Source: a virus | Lineage: Duplodnaviria; Caudoviricetes | IMG/VR virus record: IMGVR_UViG_3300037991_001277 | Location: 1-64,000 of that record | Reading direction: 5' to 3' (one strand) | DNA: 64,000 bases | Shown here: piece by piece, positions 26,606 through 36,278 of the stretch | How the letters are laid out: each line of letters begins with the position of its first letter | Numbering within the stretch: the first letter of the stretch is position 1 | Notes under the pieces: model-generated | What the model was told of the DNA's origin: nothing | The model's input: the letters and a program-made list of their open reading frames with translations, nothing else | The model's database searches: none | Made by a program: the position numbers and the translations under genes

Positions 26606-29600
26606 TTGATTGAAACGCCATCAGATTGGTATTATAGAAGTCGTAACGAACTTCTCAAATCTATAGTCGATGGTATCGACATTAGTAATGCCATTGGGGA
26701 TTATTATTTTGCTAAGATGAACTTAGAAAGATATGGTATAAAAATAGAAGAAACACCATCTGACCAAATCTGTGACTCACTACTCAAAGCAAAACAAAGA
26801 CGGCATCGTTTTGACAAAAAACAAACTGGTGAGTTTAGTTTCATAAGAGGAGCAGAGATGAAACTAGGTGAACATCCTTGGCAAAACAGAATGCAAGAGC
26901 GCAGTTTGATGGACTTAGCCTCATCATTTCCTGTTGCTAATTTCGCCCAAGGCCAACATTATGCTGAGTCTCATCCTCATCACAAAAATCATCACCCCTT
27001 ACGACAAAAAAATACCATCACTGATAGGTCAAAAATGGTTGAAAAATTGAGAAGATTCTATTTACCATCTAAGCCCGGAGAGCCTAGTTTATCTGAAAGA
27101 TATAGAGAAGCCGAAAAAGGTAAAGAAAATTACGAACTTAAACAAAATAATCCCTCTGTAGTTGGTAATAAAAAATACGACATGGAGGCTGGTAAGGATG
27201 TAGACCATCAAAACTTCTTAGGGCCACTAAAGGGAGTCTATGCTCACGACTTGTATATGCGTGATTTTGAAAAATGGAAAAGTGAAAATCCATCTCTTGT
27301 CAAAGAAATGATAGACAAATATCCAGTGCCTATCGAACATGAGCACGCTTTACAATTAATGCATTTTGAAGATGCTGCTGATAGGTGGGAGAGCGACCAA
27401 TATCATGGTGAAATGTATGACCCAAAAAAAGGAATGACAGAGCAAGAGATTCAAGACCATCTTTACAGCGGTAAAAGTGAGTCTGAACTTGAGGCATCTG
27501 CTCTTAGAGAAGCACTTGGTTATGAGGGCTATCTCTATGGATTAGAGTTTTTGTCACCAGTAGAAAGGCAAAAAGTCATTAATCATATTCACGATAAAGG
27601 CACTGACGCACACGATGCTCAGACCATAGACTTAGGAAATGGGTTCACCATAAGCACTGGTCGTATCAAGAGAAATCTTGCTCAGCGATTTACTGGTGAG
27701 TTTGACCACTATATGCGACCACAACATATGCATGGTGCGAATGTCAAAAAACACTATGAAACAATTGATGACATACCTGATGGTGAAGTGAGATTTACTA
27801 ATCAAGCGTTGATGCAAGCGTTGAAAAGTATACCCTTTGATGCTGAAAACAAATCTACAACAAGTGTCTATGATAATTTATTAGAAGAATACAATGAGTA
27901 TCTTAATGAACATAATAGTGATTTTTCTGAAGAAAATGAAGAAAATCAATTAATGCAACTACCAGTAAAGGGTATGAAGCAGGGTGTTAAAATTAATGCT
28001 GGTTCAAAAGACCATCCACTTCACCACGGCCAAGGTATACTTGAAGAATTAAAGATTCTCGATGAGAGAGAGCAAAATCATTTGGATATTGGAACTATGC
28101 TAAATCTCATGGGTTATAATGAAGATATGACCGAAATGGAAAGTCATCCTCTTTTACTTGGATTTGAAGGAGCACTGGTATCTCCTACTAAAATCAAAGA
28201 AGTTCTAAACAAAGCAAAGTATTTTTCCAAAACAAACGCTAATCAAAAGTCAATTCGTAATCACGATTGGTTTCATTCCGGTGGGTATAATGGGTATGAT
28301 ATTACTGATATTCCAGTAGACGAAAGAGAGCATTACCTTACTGATGATGAAAATAACATCATAGGTCTTGGTGCTCACTTTGCTGAGGACTTTCACCATC
28401 AAGGAGGAATGGGTAGAAATGTGCTTCATTATTTAGAAATGATACACGACTCTTTACCAAAAGACAGTGATGGATTTTCTGCTATTGGTAAAATAGAAGG
28501 AGACCAGTTTATTCCTAATCCCAAAACTAACGGCCTTTGGGGTAGATACCTTCCCTCTTTATATTCAAGAGAATCAAGAGAGCACGCTGGTTCACATGGT
28601 ATAATTTCATTATGGGATTCTTCATCTCACATTCATGGTTCGCCTAGAAATCCAAAGAATATGCCTTTTCGTCAAGCAACTTCTTTGAGTGGTGGCTATG
28701 CTAATAGTATTCGTTACATGACAGATGATGAAAGAAGAATGTACTTTAATGGCCCTGCTTGGAATATTCACAAAGATGGGGATAATCATTTTACTACAAA
28801 TCCAATTAATGCCATAGGTGGGAAAGCACTTGCTACAACTCAAAGTGATACTAATGCACTACATACACATCGTAATGCTACATCAGGTGGTAGACTCCAT
28901 CCTCCTCACGAGCCAATGAAAAAGAACAGGTGGCTTACTAAAGACAACCTCCCTGCTGGAGCAAAACTTAGTCACAATGAAAAAAATAGAGAGTCTTTCA
29001 AGATTTTTCAAAGACATAAGAGAAAGAAAACTGGTGGTATGGAATCTCTTACCGCTGGTCAGAAAAGTGCAGTAGCAGACTTAAATGATGAGTATGATGG
29101 GATTAGCGACTCAATAATGAACTTTGAAGAAGGGAGTGATGAGTTTGCACGAGCCAACTTGAGGCTTCACGAAATAGAGGCTGAGATAGATGATATTTAC
29201 GCTGTTGCTAGAGAAGATGAGAAAAACACATTTGACCATGTTTCAAATCATGCTCAAAAAAAGCACGAGGCTGACTTAGACGCTATTGTAGATATGGCGA
29301 TAAAAATGAAACCTGAGTATGAAAAAGCAGACCCTGATGCTTTTAATCCTGAGTTCCCTGATAAGTTCATAGCAAATACATCTCGATTATTCAAAGATGC
29401 AAATATTGCTTTAATGCGTCTACCTAATTCAGTTCATGGTTTAGAATCATATGGTTATGGGGAAATTATGAAAGAGCAAAAAAGTGCTAGTGAATTAATG
29501 TCTAGTGGAGATGAAGTTGTGTCTCCTCATCATACTATAGCATCTGTATTAGGTGCTGCTGGTAAAGAAATCCTACCTACTATGTCTCAAGAAAAAGTTC

Positions 29601-32083
29601 GCTCTCTACTCAATTTACCTAATGATGAAGCACACAATAACATGATTGGTAGATTACTTGAGGGAATGGATGCTCCTGTAAAAGTGCTAAGACATGGTGA
29701 TTTACTAGGCTCAGGTGTGAGTTTTGTAGGTGAAGAACCTAACTCTATGTTCACCACTGACGACCATCACGAAGCAATCGAGTCAATTTTGAGAGACCAC
29801 ATTAACACACGACCATCAGCAAAGGAGCAACCTACTGAAAGGCATAAGGCTGATAGAAAGTTTGCTGGAGTTTTTAGAGAAAAGTACGGCAAGAGTCTAT
29901 CTCAGTTAGAGCCTTTATTCAGACCTAATCAACAAAATCAACTTCAGTTACACGGTTTAAGTCGAGTAAAACTAAGCCATCGTGATGGTAATTATGGTAA
30001 AAAAATGAATGCCATTGGTAGTGTTAAAGGGCATATGAATGAACCTATTAATAATGCTAAAAGCGCAGTCCATGACCTCTTTGTGTTCGACCCAACAAAA
30101 GCACAAACAATGGATAAGGTTGTAGCACCATCTACTACAGTTAGAAATGCCGATTTTAGTATGTTCCCAATTCACTCAGCAACCAGTGGTAAAGGAGTCT
30201 CAGTTCAAGATATGTTTGCGTCAGGTGCTATGGATAGTGGATATTTGTTAGAGCCATCAGTTGGTGCTGAGTTCCCCGGTAACAAAACAATCATGGTTGG
30301 AAATAACACTCAACCTGAATATCTACACAGTATTCCTGAATCATTAATGACTTCTGTGCATGGTCAAGAGGCTGTAAAACAAGTATTATCATCAGGCTAT
30401 CAAGTTCCTGTTGCTACTACAAATATGAATAGACCTAACATTCTCGGTCTGCCTCCAAATATTGACCCAAATTACATTTCAACAAGCGACCCATCTGAAA
30501 CACTAATGGTGCTAATGAACCCTGATGCTTTGTTAAAGGCTGATGAGTCACGACCTCCACCTATTTTACCGATGCACCGTATCTTTAGTTTGAAAGATTT
30601 TGAAGCGTTAAGAGGATTCAGCGGTGACTGGGTTGTATCTGCATTCTATGATGGAAAGCGTATGATGATTATGAGAAAGGGTACTCGCTTTACTGCTTAT
30701 GATGAAAATAACGATGCTGTTCCATTAAGTGAAGAAGATAAGAAAAGTCTGAAAGCCTTGACTGAAAAGAACTACATCGTAGATGCTGTTAGAATGAAAG
30801 ACAACATACACATCATAGATTTGATTGACTACGATGATACAAATGTTTCAGACATGACAGTAAGAGAAAGGCTCAAGATTCTAAGAGGACAGTTCGATAG
30901 CCACGAACATATCTTAGTACCTGCTCCACACGATACACGAATCACAGAAGATGGTGGCTTGGAATCTACAGTAGAAAGTCTACAAGAAGAGCATAAGCAA
31001 CTATTACTTCGTGATGCTAAATCAACATATATGCGTGGTGAGCGCAGACACCCTAAGTGGTTTTTACTTCGTAAGAATAAAAATGTCAGTTTCATTATCT
31101 TAGATGTAAGAGGTAAAAGCCCATACACCTATCGTTTAGGAGCAGGGCCACTTGACTCTGAAGGGTTTGGTAATAGAGGAGTTGATTACGAAGGTAAGCA
31201 GTATCTTGATGTTGGTACTATCAAAAGCCCTAAGCCATTCAAAGAAGGAGACACTGTATCAATATCTGTATCAGGTGTTAAAAAGCGGAATCGAAATGGT
31301 AAAACAATCTACGATGTAACTTCTTCAAAGATAGTAGGAGAGGCTGAATCTGAGAGTCCAGCAAGTCTTGAAACATTATCTCTTTTGGCTAAATCCCACC
31401 CTATTATCCATGTTCCTTACGATATAACCCTCAAAGAAAACCAAATATCCATCGTTTTTGAGGGGTTAGACGAGGTAATTTACAAGTCAGAATCCAGTCA
31501 TACTGGAAATTGGGCGCACTCTCCGCAGTCAGTTATGGGTAGTTTAACCCAGTCTGATTACTCTCTACAACTAGCAGAAAGCGTTAGACCGCTATGGAAT
31601 CAGGCTGTTTCATTGATGATGAAAGGTGTCGATAAAAAAGAAGAAGGTGTAGTTGAAGAAATTATTCCTGAGAAGAATTATCATTCAATGCATTCAAAAA
31701 AAGATAGAAAGCACAGTGAGAAAAACTCCGCTGGTATTATTGATGCTGATGATGAAATGAATATCATCAAGCCAAGTATGAAGAAAATGCTCAAGACAAT
31801 TACTCGTATTGCTGACATTACAGAACGAATTGATACTCTACAAAAAGAAAAAATGTCAGGTAGAGTAAGTGCTCAAGGATTAGGTATTGATGTTGGAGAC
31901 GGTACTGAATCTCCTAGAGGGCCAACTTCATTGACAAGTGAAGAAAGTCTGCCTGATTGGGATATGATAGAGCGACCTACAGAGGATTCCGAAGAAGAAT
32001 ACGAACATTTGCGTAACAAACGCAAAAAGAGAAAAAAGGGCAAGCAGCACAGCGATTTCAATAAGTATGGTGAAGAAGAGTGA
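26606..32083 (+). CDS. 1825-aa protein with a C-terminal ATP-dependent DNA-ligase-like (NTase plus OB) domain, apparently inactive
   Basis: Motif I reads WVVSAFYDGKR (no Lys); YIVDA, IIDL, RERLKIL, LLRDAKSTYMRGERRHPKW; OB-like YRLGAG...DVGT. Confidence 0.75.
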   Translation: MIETPSDWYYRSRNELLKSIVDGIDISNAIGDYYFAKMNLERYGIKIEETPSDQICDSLLKAKQRRHRFDKKQTGEFSFIRGAEMKLGEHPWQNRMQERSLMDLASSFPVANFAQGQHYAESHPHHKNHHPLRQKNTITDRSKMVEKLRRFYLPSKPGEPSLSERYREAEKGKENYELKQNNPSVVGNKKYDMEAGKDVDHQNFLGPLKGVYAHDLYMRDFEKWKSENPSLVKEMIDKYPVPIEHEHALQLMHFEDAADRWESDQYHGEMYDPKKGMTEQEIQDHLYSGKSESELEASALREALGYEGYLYGLEFLSPVERQKVINHIHDKGTDAHDAQTIDLGNGFTISTGRIKRNLAQRFTGEFDHYMRPQHMHGANVKKHYETIDDIPDGEVRFTNQALMQALKSIPFDAENKSTTSVYDNLLEEYNEYLNEHNSDFSEENEENQLMQLPVKGMKQGVKINAGSKDHPLHHGQGILEELKILDEREQNHLDIGTMLNLMGYNEDMTEMESHPLLLGFEGALVSPTKIKEVLNKAKYFSKTNANQKSIRNHDWFHSGGYNGYDITDIPVDEREHYLTDDENNIIGLGAHFAEDFHHQGGMGRNVLHYLEMIHDSLPKDSDGFSAIGKIEGDQFIPNPKTNGLWGRYLPSLYSRESREHAGSHGIISLWDSSSHIHGSPRNPKNMPFRQATSLSGGYANSIRYMTDDERRMYFNGPAWNIHKDGDNHFTTNPINAIGGKALATTQSDTNALHTHRNATSGGRLHPPHEPMKKNRWLTKDNLPAGAKLSHNEKNRESFKIFQRHKRKKTGGMESLTAGQKSAVADLNDEYDGISDSIMNFEEGSDEFARANLRLHEIEAEIDDIYAVAREDEKNTFDHVSNHAQKKHEADLDAIVDMAIKMKPEYEKADPDAFNPEFPDKFIANTSRLFKDANIALMRLPNSVHGLESYGYGEIMKEQKSASELMSSGDEVVSPHHTIASVLGAAGKEILPTMSQEKVRSLLNLPNDEAHNNMIGRLLEGMDAPVKVLRHGDLLGSGVSFVGEEPNSMFTTDDHHEAIESILRDHINTRPSAKEQPTERHKADRKFAGVFREKYGKSLSQLEPLFRPNQQNQLQLHGLSRVKLSHRDGNYGKKMNAIGSVKGHMNEPINNAKSAVHDLFVFDPTKAQTMDKVVAPSTTVRNADFSMFPIHSATSGKGVSVQDMFASGAMDSGYLLEPSVGAEFPGNKTIMVGNNTQPEYLHSIPESLMTSVHGQEAVKQVLSSGYQVPVATTNMNRPNILGLPPNIDPNYISTSDPSETLMVLMNPDALLKADESRPPPILPMHRIFSLKDFEALRGFSGDWVVSAFYDGKRMMIMRKGTRFTAYDENNDAVPLSEEDKKSLKALTEKNYIVDAVRMKDNIHIIDLIDYDDTNVSDMTVRERLKILRGQFDSHEHILVPAPHDTRITEDGGLESTVESLQEEHKQLLLRDAKSTYMRGERRHPKWFLLRKNKNVSFIILDVRGKSPYTYRLGAGPLDSEGFGNRGVDYEGKQYLDVGTIKSPKPFKEGDTVSISVSGVKKRNRNGKTIYDVTSSKIVGEAESESPASLETLSLLAKSHPIIHVPYDITLKENQISIVFEGLDEVIYKSESSHTGNWAHSPQSVMGSLTQSDYSLQLAESVRPLWNQAVSLMMKGVDKKEEGVVEEIIPEKNYHSMHSKKDRKHSEKNSAGIIDADDEMNIIKPSMKKMLKTITRIADITERIDTLQKEKMSGRVSAQGLGIDVGDGTESPRGPTSLTSEESLPDWDMIERPTEDSEEEYEHLRNKRKKRKKGKQHSDFNKYGEEE

Positions 32084-32118
32084 TGCCGCTTTATTTATGT
32101 AGGTGAACAAACAGAGGA

Positions 32119-33510
32119 TTGGTTAGTGTGTTGCGAAGTCAGCGGAGGAATGGTATCGAACTCCTCAAGGGGGTCAATGACCTCATTGTGGCAGGGTATG
32201 CTTCAGTTGAACTCGTAGACAAACAAGGAGATTTAATTACAAGGTCAGCATTGAAAGACGCTTTCAAGAAGTTTATGTCAGACCCAAAATACAGAAATGT
32301 CCAACTAGCACATTCAAACATACAAGTAGGAGAAGTAATTTCAAATTATACAGATAATCAAGGGAGGTTGTGGAAAAGCGAAGTAGACGATGCTGGAATG
32401 TTTGTTGTAGTAAAATTAAGAAACGACATTGAGAAGGCACGAGAAGTAGCAAGCGAAATCCGAAAAGGAAACCTAACGGGATTCAGCATCGGAGGACAGG
32501 CATTCAAGCGAGTAAACAAAAGCGATAAATCCCACGGCTCATATCAAGAAATATCAAAACTAGAATTACACGAAATCACAATATGCGAAAAAGGAATTAA
32601 CCCCGAAGCCACATTCAACATACTAAAAGAAGATAAAAACAAGGTGAACAAAATGACCGATGAAGTAATGGAACAAATGAACGATGTACTAACCCGATTA
32701 GAAGGCAGACTTGACTCTATGGAGAAAGGAGAAATGCCTCAAGCATTGAAAGACGCTCAAAAGAAGAAAAAAGAAGATTCTGAAGAGAAAGACGACAAAA
32801 TGAAGGCGAACTACATGGACAAAGATGAGAAGAAAGATGAAGAGAAAGACGACAAGAAAGATGACAAGATGAAATCTGAGTTTTCAGATGTTATCACTTC
32901 TGAATACCTAGATTGGATGGAGAGCACTCTCAAATCCGCAGGTATTGACACTGATGGTGCTCGTGCTCACTTTGACGGAATCGCAAAAGCAAATCTAGGC
33001 TCTACTCCTGAAGCAATTGGAGACGGTGCTGATTACTTCGCTGGTCAAGTCAAGGGTCGTGCTCAAGAAGGAGGCAACCCATCTACTAACGCTATCCAGC
33101 GTGCTGGACTAAGCGGTGGTGGCAGTCTTGAAAAGTCTGACTTTATCACAGGTCACAACATTGATGCTTACCGCATTGAAGAAGCATATGGCGTATTCAA
33201 AGCAGCAAAGCAAGAAGAAGAGTTCCGCAAGTCTCTTGAAGCAAACTTTGAAGGTCGCTTCGCACAAGAAACTCAAGCAGAAATCGCAAAGGCTCAGGCA
33301 GCAAACTTTGACGCTCGTGCTCCTCTTGACGAGGTAATGAAGGCTCTAGGAGCACTCAACGAGAGAATTGACAATCTATCTAATGGCGAAGGCGAATTAA
33401 TCGCTAAGTCTGCCTCACCAACCATTGATGTACCAAGCACACAAGACTTGGCTAACATGAGTTGGGAGGAAGTTCACCAACTTGCTGGAGGACTATACCG
33501 CAGTGAGTGA
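32119..33510 (+). CDS. Prohead protease (HK97-type serine protease) fused to a scaffold domain
   Basis: VAGYASVELVDKQGDLI, QLAH (His), GFSIGG (Ser), LHEITICEKGINPEA; charged coiled-coil C-terminal half; directly before the MCP. Confidence 0.9.
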   Translation: MVSVLRSQRRNGIELLKGVNDLIVAGYASVELVDKQGDLITRSALKDAFKKFMSDPKYRNVQLAHSNIQVGEVISNYTDNQGRLWKSEVDDAGMFVVVKLRNDIEKAREVASEIRKGNLTGFSIGGQAFKRVNKSDKSHGSYQEISKLELHEITICEKGINPEATFNILKEDKNKVNKMTDEVMEQMNDVLTRLEGRLDSMEKGEMPQALKDAQKKKKEDSEEKDDKMKANYMDKDEKKDEEKDDKKDDKMKSEFSDVITSEYLDWMESTLKSAGIDTDGARAHFDGIAKANLGSTPEAIGDGADYFAGQVKGRAQEGGNPSTNAIQRAGLSGGGSLEKSDFITGHNIDAYRIEEAYGVFKAAKQEEEFRKSLEANFEGRFAQETQAEIAKAQAANFDARAPLDEVMKALGALNERIDNLSNGEGELIAKSASPTIDVPSTQDLANMSWEEVHQLAGGLYRSE

Positions 33511-33522
33511 GGACTCATACAA

Positions 33523-33553
33523 TAACAAAAAATAGGAGATGAAAAATATGGCA
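33523..33553 (+). promoter_or_regulatory. Leader/RBS repeated before the MCP and the next gene
   Basis: TAACAAAAAATAGGAGATGAAAAATATGGCA here; TAACAAAAAAATATAGGAGATGAAAAAATATGGCA at 34730-34764. Confidence 0.65.
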
Positions 33554-34723
33554 CGAAATTATGTACGAACAGTAACAGACATGGAAAGATACTACTACGG
33601 AGCAGGTAACTCAATGGGTTACACTTACACTGGTAGTGAACTTCTCAAAGCAGATTCACCAATGCTAAGCACCACTGCTGGAACATACCAAGCAATCTAT
33701 GGTCGCAAAGTTTGGTCACAGTTGAACCAAGAGTTCAACGCATTTTCAATTCTACCAAAGAAGCCGTGGGAGCGCAGTGGATGGAGAGTCATCACTGAGA
33801 AGCCTAACAGCGGTGCAGTACACGGTGGAATCGCAGAAAACGGTACACTACCTGAAACTGTTAAGCCTACTTTCCAACATGTAGCAGCAAAGCCAAAGAC
33901 AATCGCTCACTCTTTCGATGTAAGCGAAGTTGCAGTATTCCTTGCAGACAAGGATGACGGACTTGGTGACATGCGCTCAGTTCTGAAAGAAGAAATGGGT
34001 AAGCACCACGCTGAAATGGTAAACAAGATGCTCTTGACTGACTGTTCTACAGCAGCAGGTAACAACTTTGAATCACTTGACAGAATCACCGCTGCTGAAG
34101 CAAGCAACGGAGCAGGTTCAGCAACTACCTTGAAAACCACATCCAGCAACAACCACGCTGATGATGGTGACCTTGACATTTACAGCATTGACCGCAGAGA
34201 CAATGCTTGGGCTAGTGCAGAAGTAAACTGTGCAGCAGATACTACAGCAGGTAACAAGCGTGTTCTATCATTAGACCACCTTGACACAATCTTCCAGCAA
34301 GTTTGGGAGCGTGGTGGTAATCCAAAGGTTATCCTAACTGGATATGACACTCTAATGAGACTACAGCAACTACTACAGGCTCAACAAAGATTCATGGAGG
34401 AGAAGAGAGTTACTCCAACCTACAACGGTGTTAAGGGTGTACCCGGTATCGAAGCAGGTTTCATTGTAGCAACTTACAATGGTGTACCTATCATTCCATC
34501 CAAGGATGTTGTAAAGACAGATGGCCTAAGCAGAATGTACCTCTTAGACACTGACTACATGTACTTTAGCACAGCAATCCCTACTCAATACTTTGAGTCC
34601 GGTATCGAAACTGGCGACCCATTCGCTATCAACAGACTAGGACAAGAAGGACTTTACCGTACAATGGGTGAAGTTTGGACTACTTTCTTCGGAGCACAGG
34701 CAAGCATCCGTGACTTGAAGTGA
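33548..34723 (+). CDS. Major capsid protein (HK97 fold)
   Basis: Follows the protease-scaffold; about 390 aa; GGIAENGTLP, PKTIAHSFDVSE, ATYNGVPIIPS, MYLLDT, C-terminal ASIRDLK; strongly biased codon usage; ATG 33548 is optimally spaced from AGGAGA. Confidence 0.9.
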   Translation: MARNYVRTVTDMERYYYGAGNSMGYTYTGSELLKADSPMLSTTAGTYQAIYGRKVWSQLNQEFNAFSILPKKPWERSGWRVITEKPNSGAVHGGIAENGTLPETVKPTFQHVAAKPKTIAHSFDVSEVAVFLADKDDGLGDMRSVLKEEMGKHHAEMVNKMLLTDCSTAAGNNFESLDRITAAEASNGAGSATTLKTTSSNNHADDGDLDIYSIDRRDNAWASAEVNCAADTTAGNKRVLSLDHLDTIFQQVWERGGNPKVILTGYDTLMRLQQLLQAQQRFMEEKRVTPTYNGVKGVPGIEAGFIVATYNGVPIIPSKDVVKTDGLSRMYLLDTDYMYFSTAIPTQYFESGIETGDPFAINRLGQEGLYRTMGEVWTTFFGAQASIRDLK

Positions 34724-34758
34724 GGATAATAACAAAAAAATATAGGAGATGAAAAAAT

Positions 34759-35160
34759 ATGGCAGTAACATTGACAAGAACGACAGGCAGTGGTGGAGTA
34801 ATGACCATCAAAACTGAACTAGACCTTTATGCAGGTAGCCCAAATGATAGCACAGCATGGCTCGATGGTGGAGCAGCGGCTGACTCTTATCCGGGTGCTC
34901 TTGATGGATTCCAAGCAAAAAATACCAACACAACTGATGCAGTGGCTGGATTAAAACTCATTGTTGGAGAATGCACTTTGGTTCAAAATGGAAATGTATT
35001 CACAGTTGGAGGAGACGCAAGTATTGTTCAATCCGTTATCATTGGTGGTAGCGGTGCGGCTGGTAAGTCTTTGACAGCAGTAGCAAGCGGTGGTACAATC
35101 ACATTTACCGCAGAAGCAACCATTGATACTACAGTTGGATTCATGGCTATCGTGGCATGA
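34759..35160 (+). CDS. Probable capsid decoration or minor capsid protein
   Basis: 133-aa beta-rich T/G/A protein directly after the MCP with the same leader. Confidence 0.55.
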   Translation: MAVTLTRTTGSGGVMTIKTELDLYAGSPNDSTAWLDGGAAADSYPGALDGFQAKNTNTTDAVAGLKLIVGECTLVQNGNVFTVGGDASIVQSVIIGGSGAAGKSLTAVASGGTITFTAEATIDTTVGFMAIVA

Positions 35161-35170
35161 GGTGAACCTC

Positions 35171-35545
35171 ATGCCTACAGTAACCTACATGGGGCGTTCT
35201 TGGACTACAAGAAATATAGACGCTTCTTATCCCGACTTTGTGAGGGGTAGACCTGTTGAAGTCACAACAGCGTGGCTCGACAAGTGGGGGCATAGACTTA
35301 GTGACGATTTTATCGTAGAAGGGTATGAATCTGTAGATTCAGGTAATGATGATATTCCTGATGCTGGATGGAGTCGTGCTGATATAGCAGCATGGCTCGC
35401 AAAATACGACATTAAGCCAAAAGGCTATGCAACTAAAACTACTCTCCTACAACTTGTCGAGACTGTTATGAGTCCTGACGGTGCTGAGGAGACAGAAGCA
35501 CTTATAGAAGAGAGTGCAGAAGAAGAAACAACTGGAGATGAATGA
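35171..35545 (+). CDS. Head-module protein with a HeH/LEM/SAP-like helical motif and acidic tail
   Basis: ATG 35171 after GAGGTGA; WSRADIAAWLAKYDIKPKGYATKTTLLQLV. Confidence 0.6.
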   Translation: MPTVTYMGRSWTTRNIDASYPDFVRGRPVEVTTAWLDKWGHRLSDDFIVEGYESVDSGNDDIPDAGWSRADIAAWLAKYDIKPKGYATKTTLLQLVETVMSPDGAEETEALIEESAEEETTGDE

Positions 35546-35778
35546 ATATGGCAGTAACTATTGACCCACGACCAACCTATTTTGGAGACAGAATGATTGT
35601 AACAGGTAGCACCGATGGTGCTGAAACGATTGATTTGAGTAGTCTTTTGGCCTCAATTGATGGCGCAATTGCTAACCCAATCGGCTCAGCGGCTACGGCT
35701 ACTACTACTGGTATTGACGGAGCAACACTAGATGTTGGTGCGGCTTGTACTTTTGTAGCAATCGGCAGACGCTCTTGA
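35542..35778 (+). CDS. Small virion structural protein (possible paralog of 34759..35160)
   Basis: MAVTIDP start; C-terminal TFVAIG versus GFMAIV in the 133-aa protein. Confidence 0.55.
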   Translation: MNMAVTIDPRPTYFGDRMIVTGSTDGAETIDLSSLLASIDGAIANPIGSAATATTTGIDGATLDVGAACTFVAIGRRS

Positions 35779-35789
35779 GGTGGCTGTAA

Positions 35790-35963
35790 TTGGCAAAGAC
35801 CGTGACAATCCTTGGCCCTTATCCGCCAAAGGATTTCCAAGATAACACCGCTAAGTCTGCAATAGAGACAGCAATTAGTGATGCTATCGCTAGTAATACC
35901 TGTGTGTCTTGTGACCCACATGTTATTCTAGGTAATGTGTTCATATTCGTTACAACCAGTTGA
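35790..35963 (+). CDS. Small hypothetical protein, 57 aa, absent from the ORF track
   Basis: TTG start after GAGGTGG; MAKTVTILGPYPPKDFQDNTAKSAIETAISDAIASNTCVSCDPHVILGNVFIFVTTS fills the gap between neighbours. Confidence 0.6.
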   Translation: MAKTVTILGPYPPKDFQDNTAKSAIETAISDAIASNTCVSCDPHVILGNVFIFVTTS

Positions 35964-35978
35964 GAGTGAGGGGTATGT

Positions 35979-36278
35979 ATGTCACTGAAGGAGCAATCAA
36001 TTGACTTAACGGATATTGAGCGTTTTCAAAAGCAAGGCATTCGTTCTGACGCACAAACTCTACTTGGTAAAGTCATTGATGAGGAAAACCCGCTAAAGGG
36101 TGTGACTCAAACACAGCGTAAGCGTAATCTTGAGGCCAGTGATGTTCTAAACATTGGCTCAGGCACTCGCTGCCAACACTGTGGTATGCTTCATTTCCTA
36201 TGGCGAGAAACCTGCGGTAGTTGCAGTAAACCTATGGAATACAACCTTGCTTCTGTTGATGAGGAGGCAAGAGCATGA
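35979..36278 (+). CDS. Zinc-ribbon protein
   Basis: RCQHCG...TCGSC near the C-terminus; GAGGG RBS. Confidence 0.7.
   Translation: MSLKEQSIDLTDIERFQKQGIRSDAQTLLGKVIDEENPLKGVTQTQRKRNLEASDVLNIGSGTRCQHCGMLHFLWRETCGSCSKPMEYNLASVDEEARA

Noticed and set aside
30560-31350. Annotation as a functional ATP-dependent DNA ligase
   Set aside because: The motif I lysine and the motif IV/V catalytic residues are missing, so it is reported as a ligase-like, probably inactive domain.
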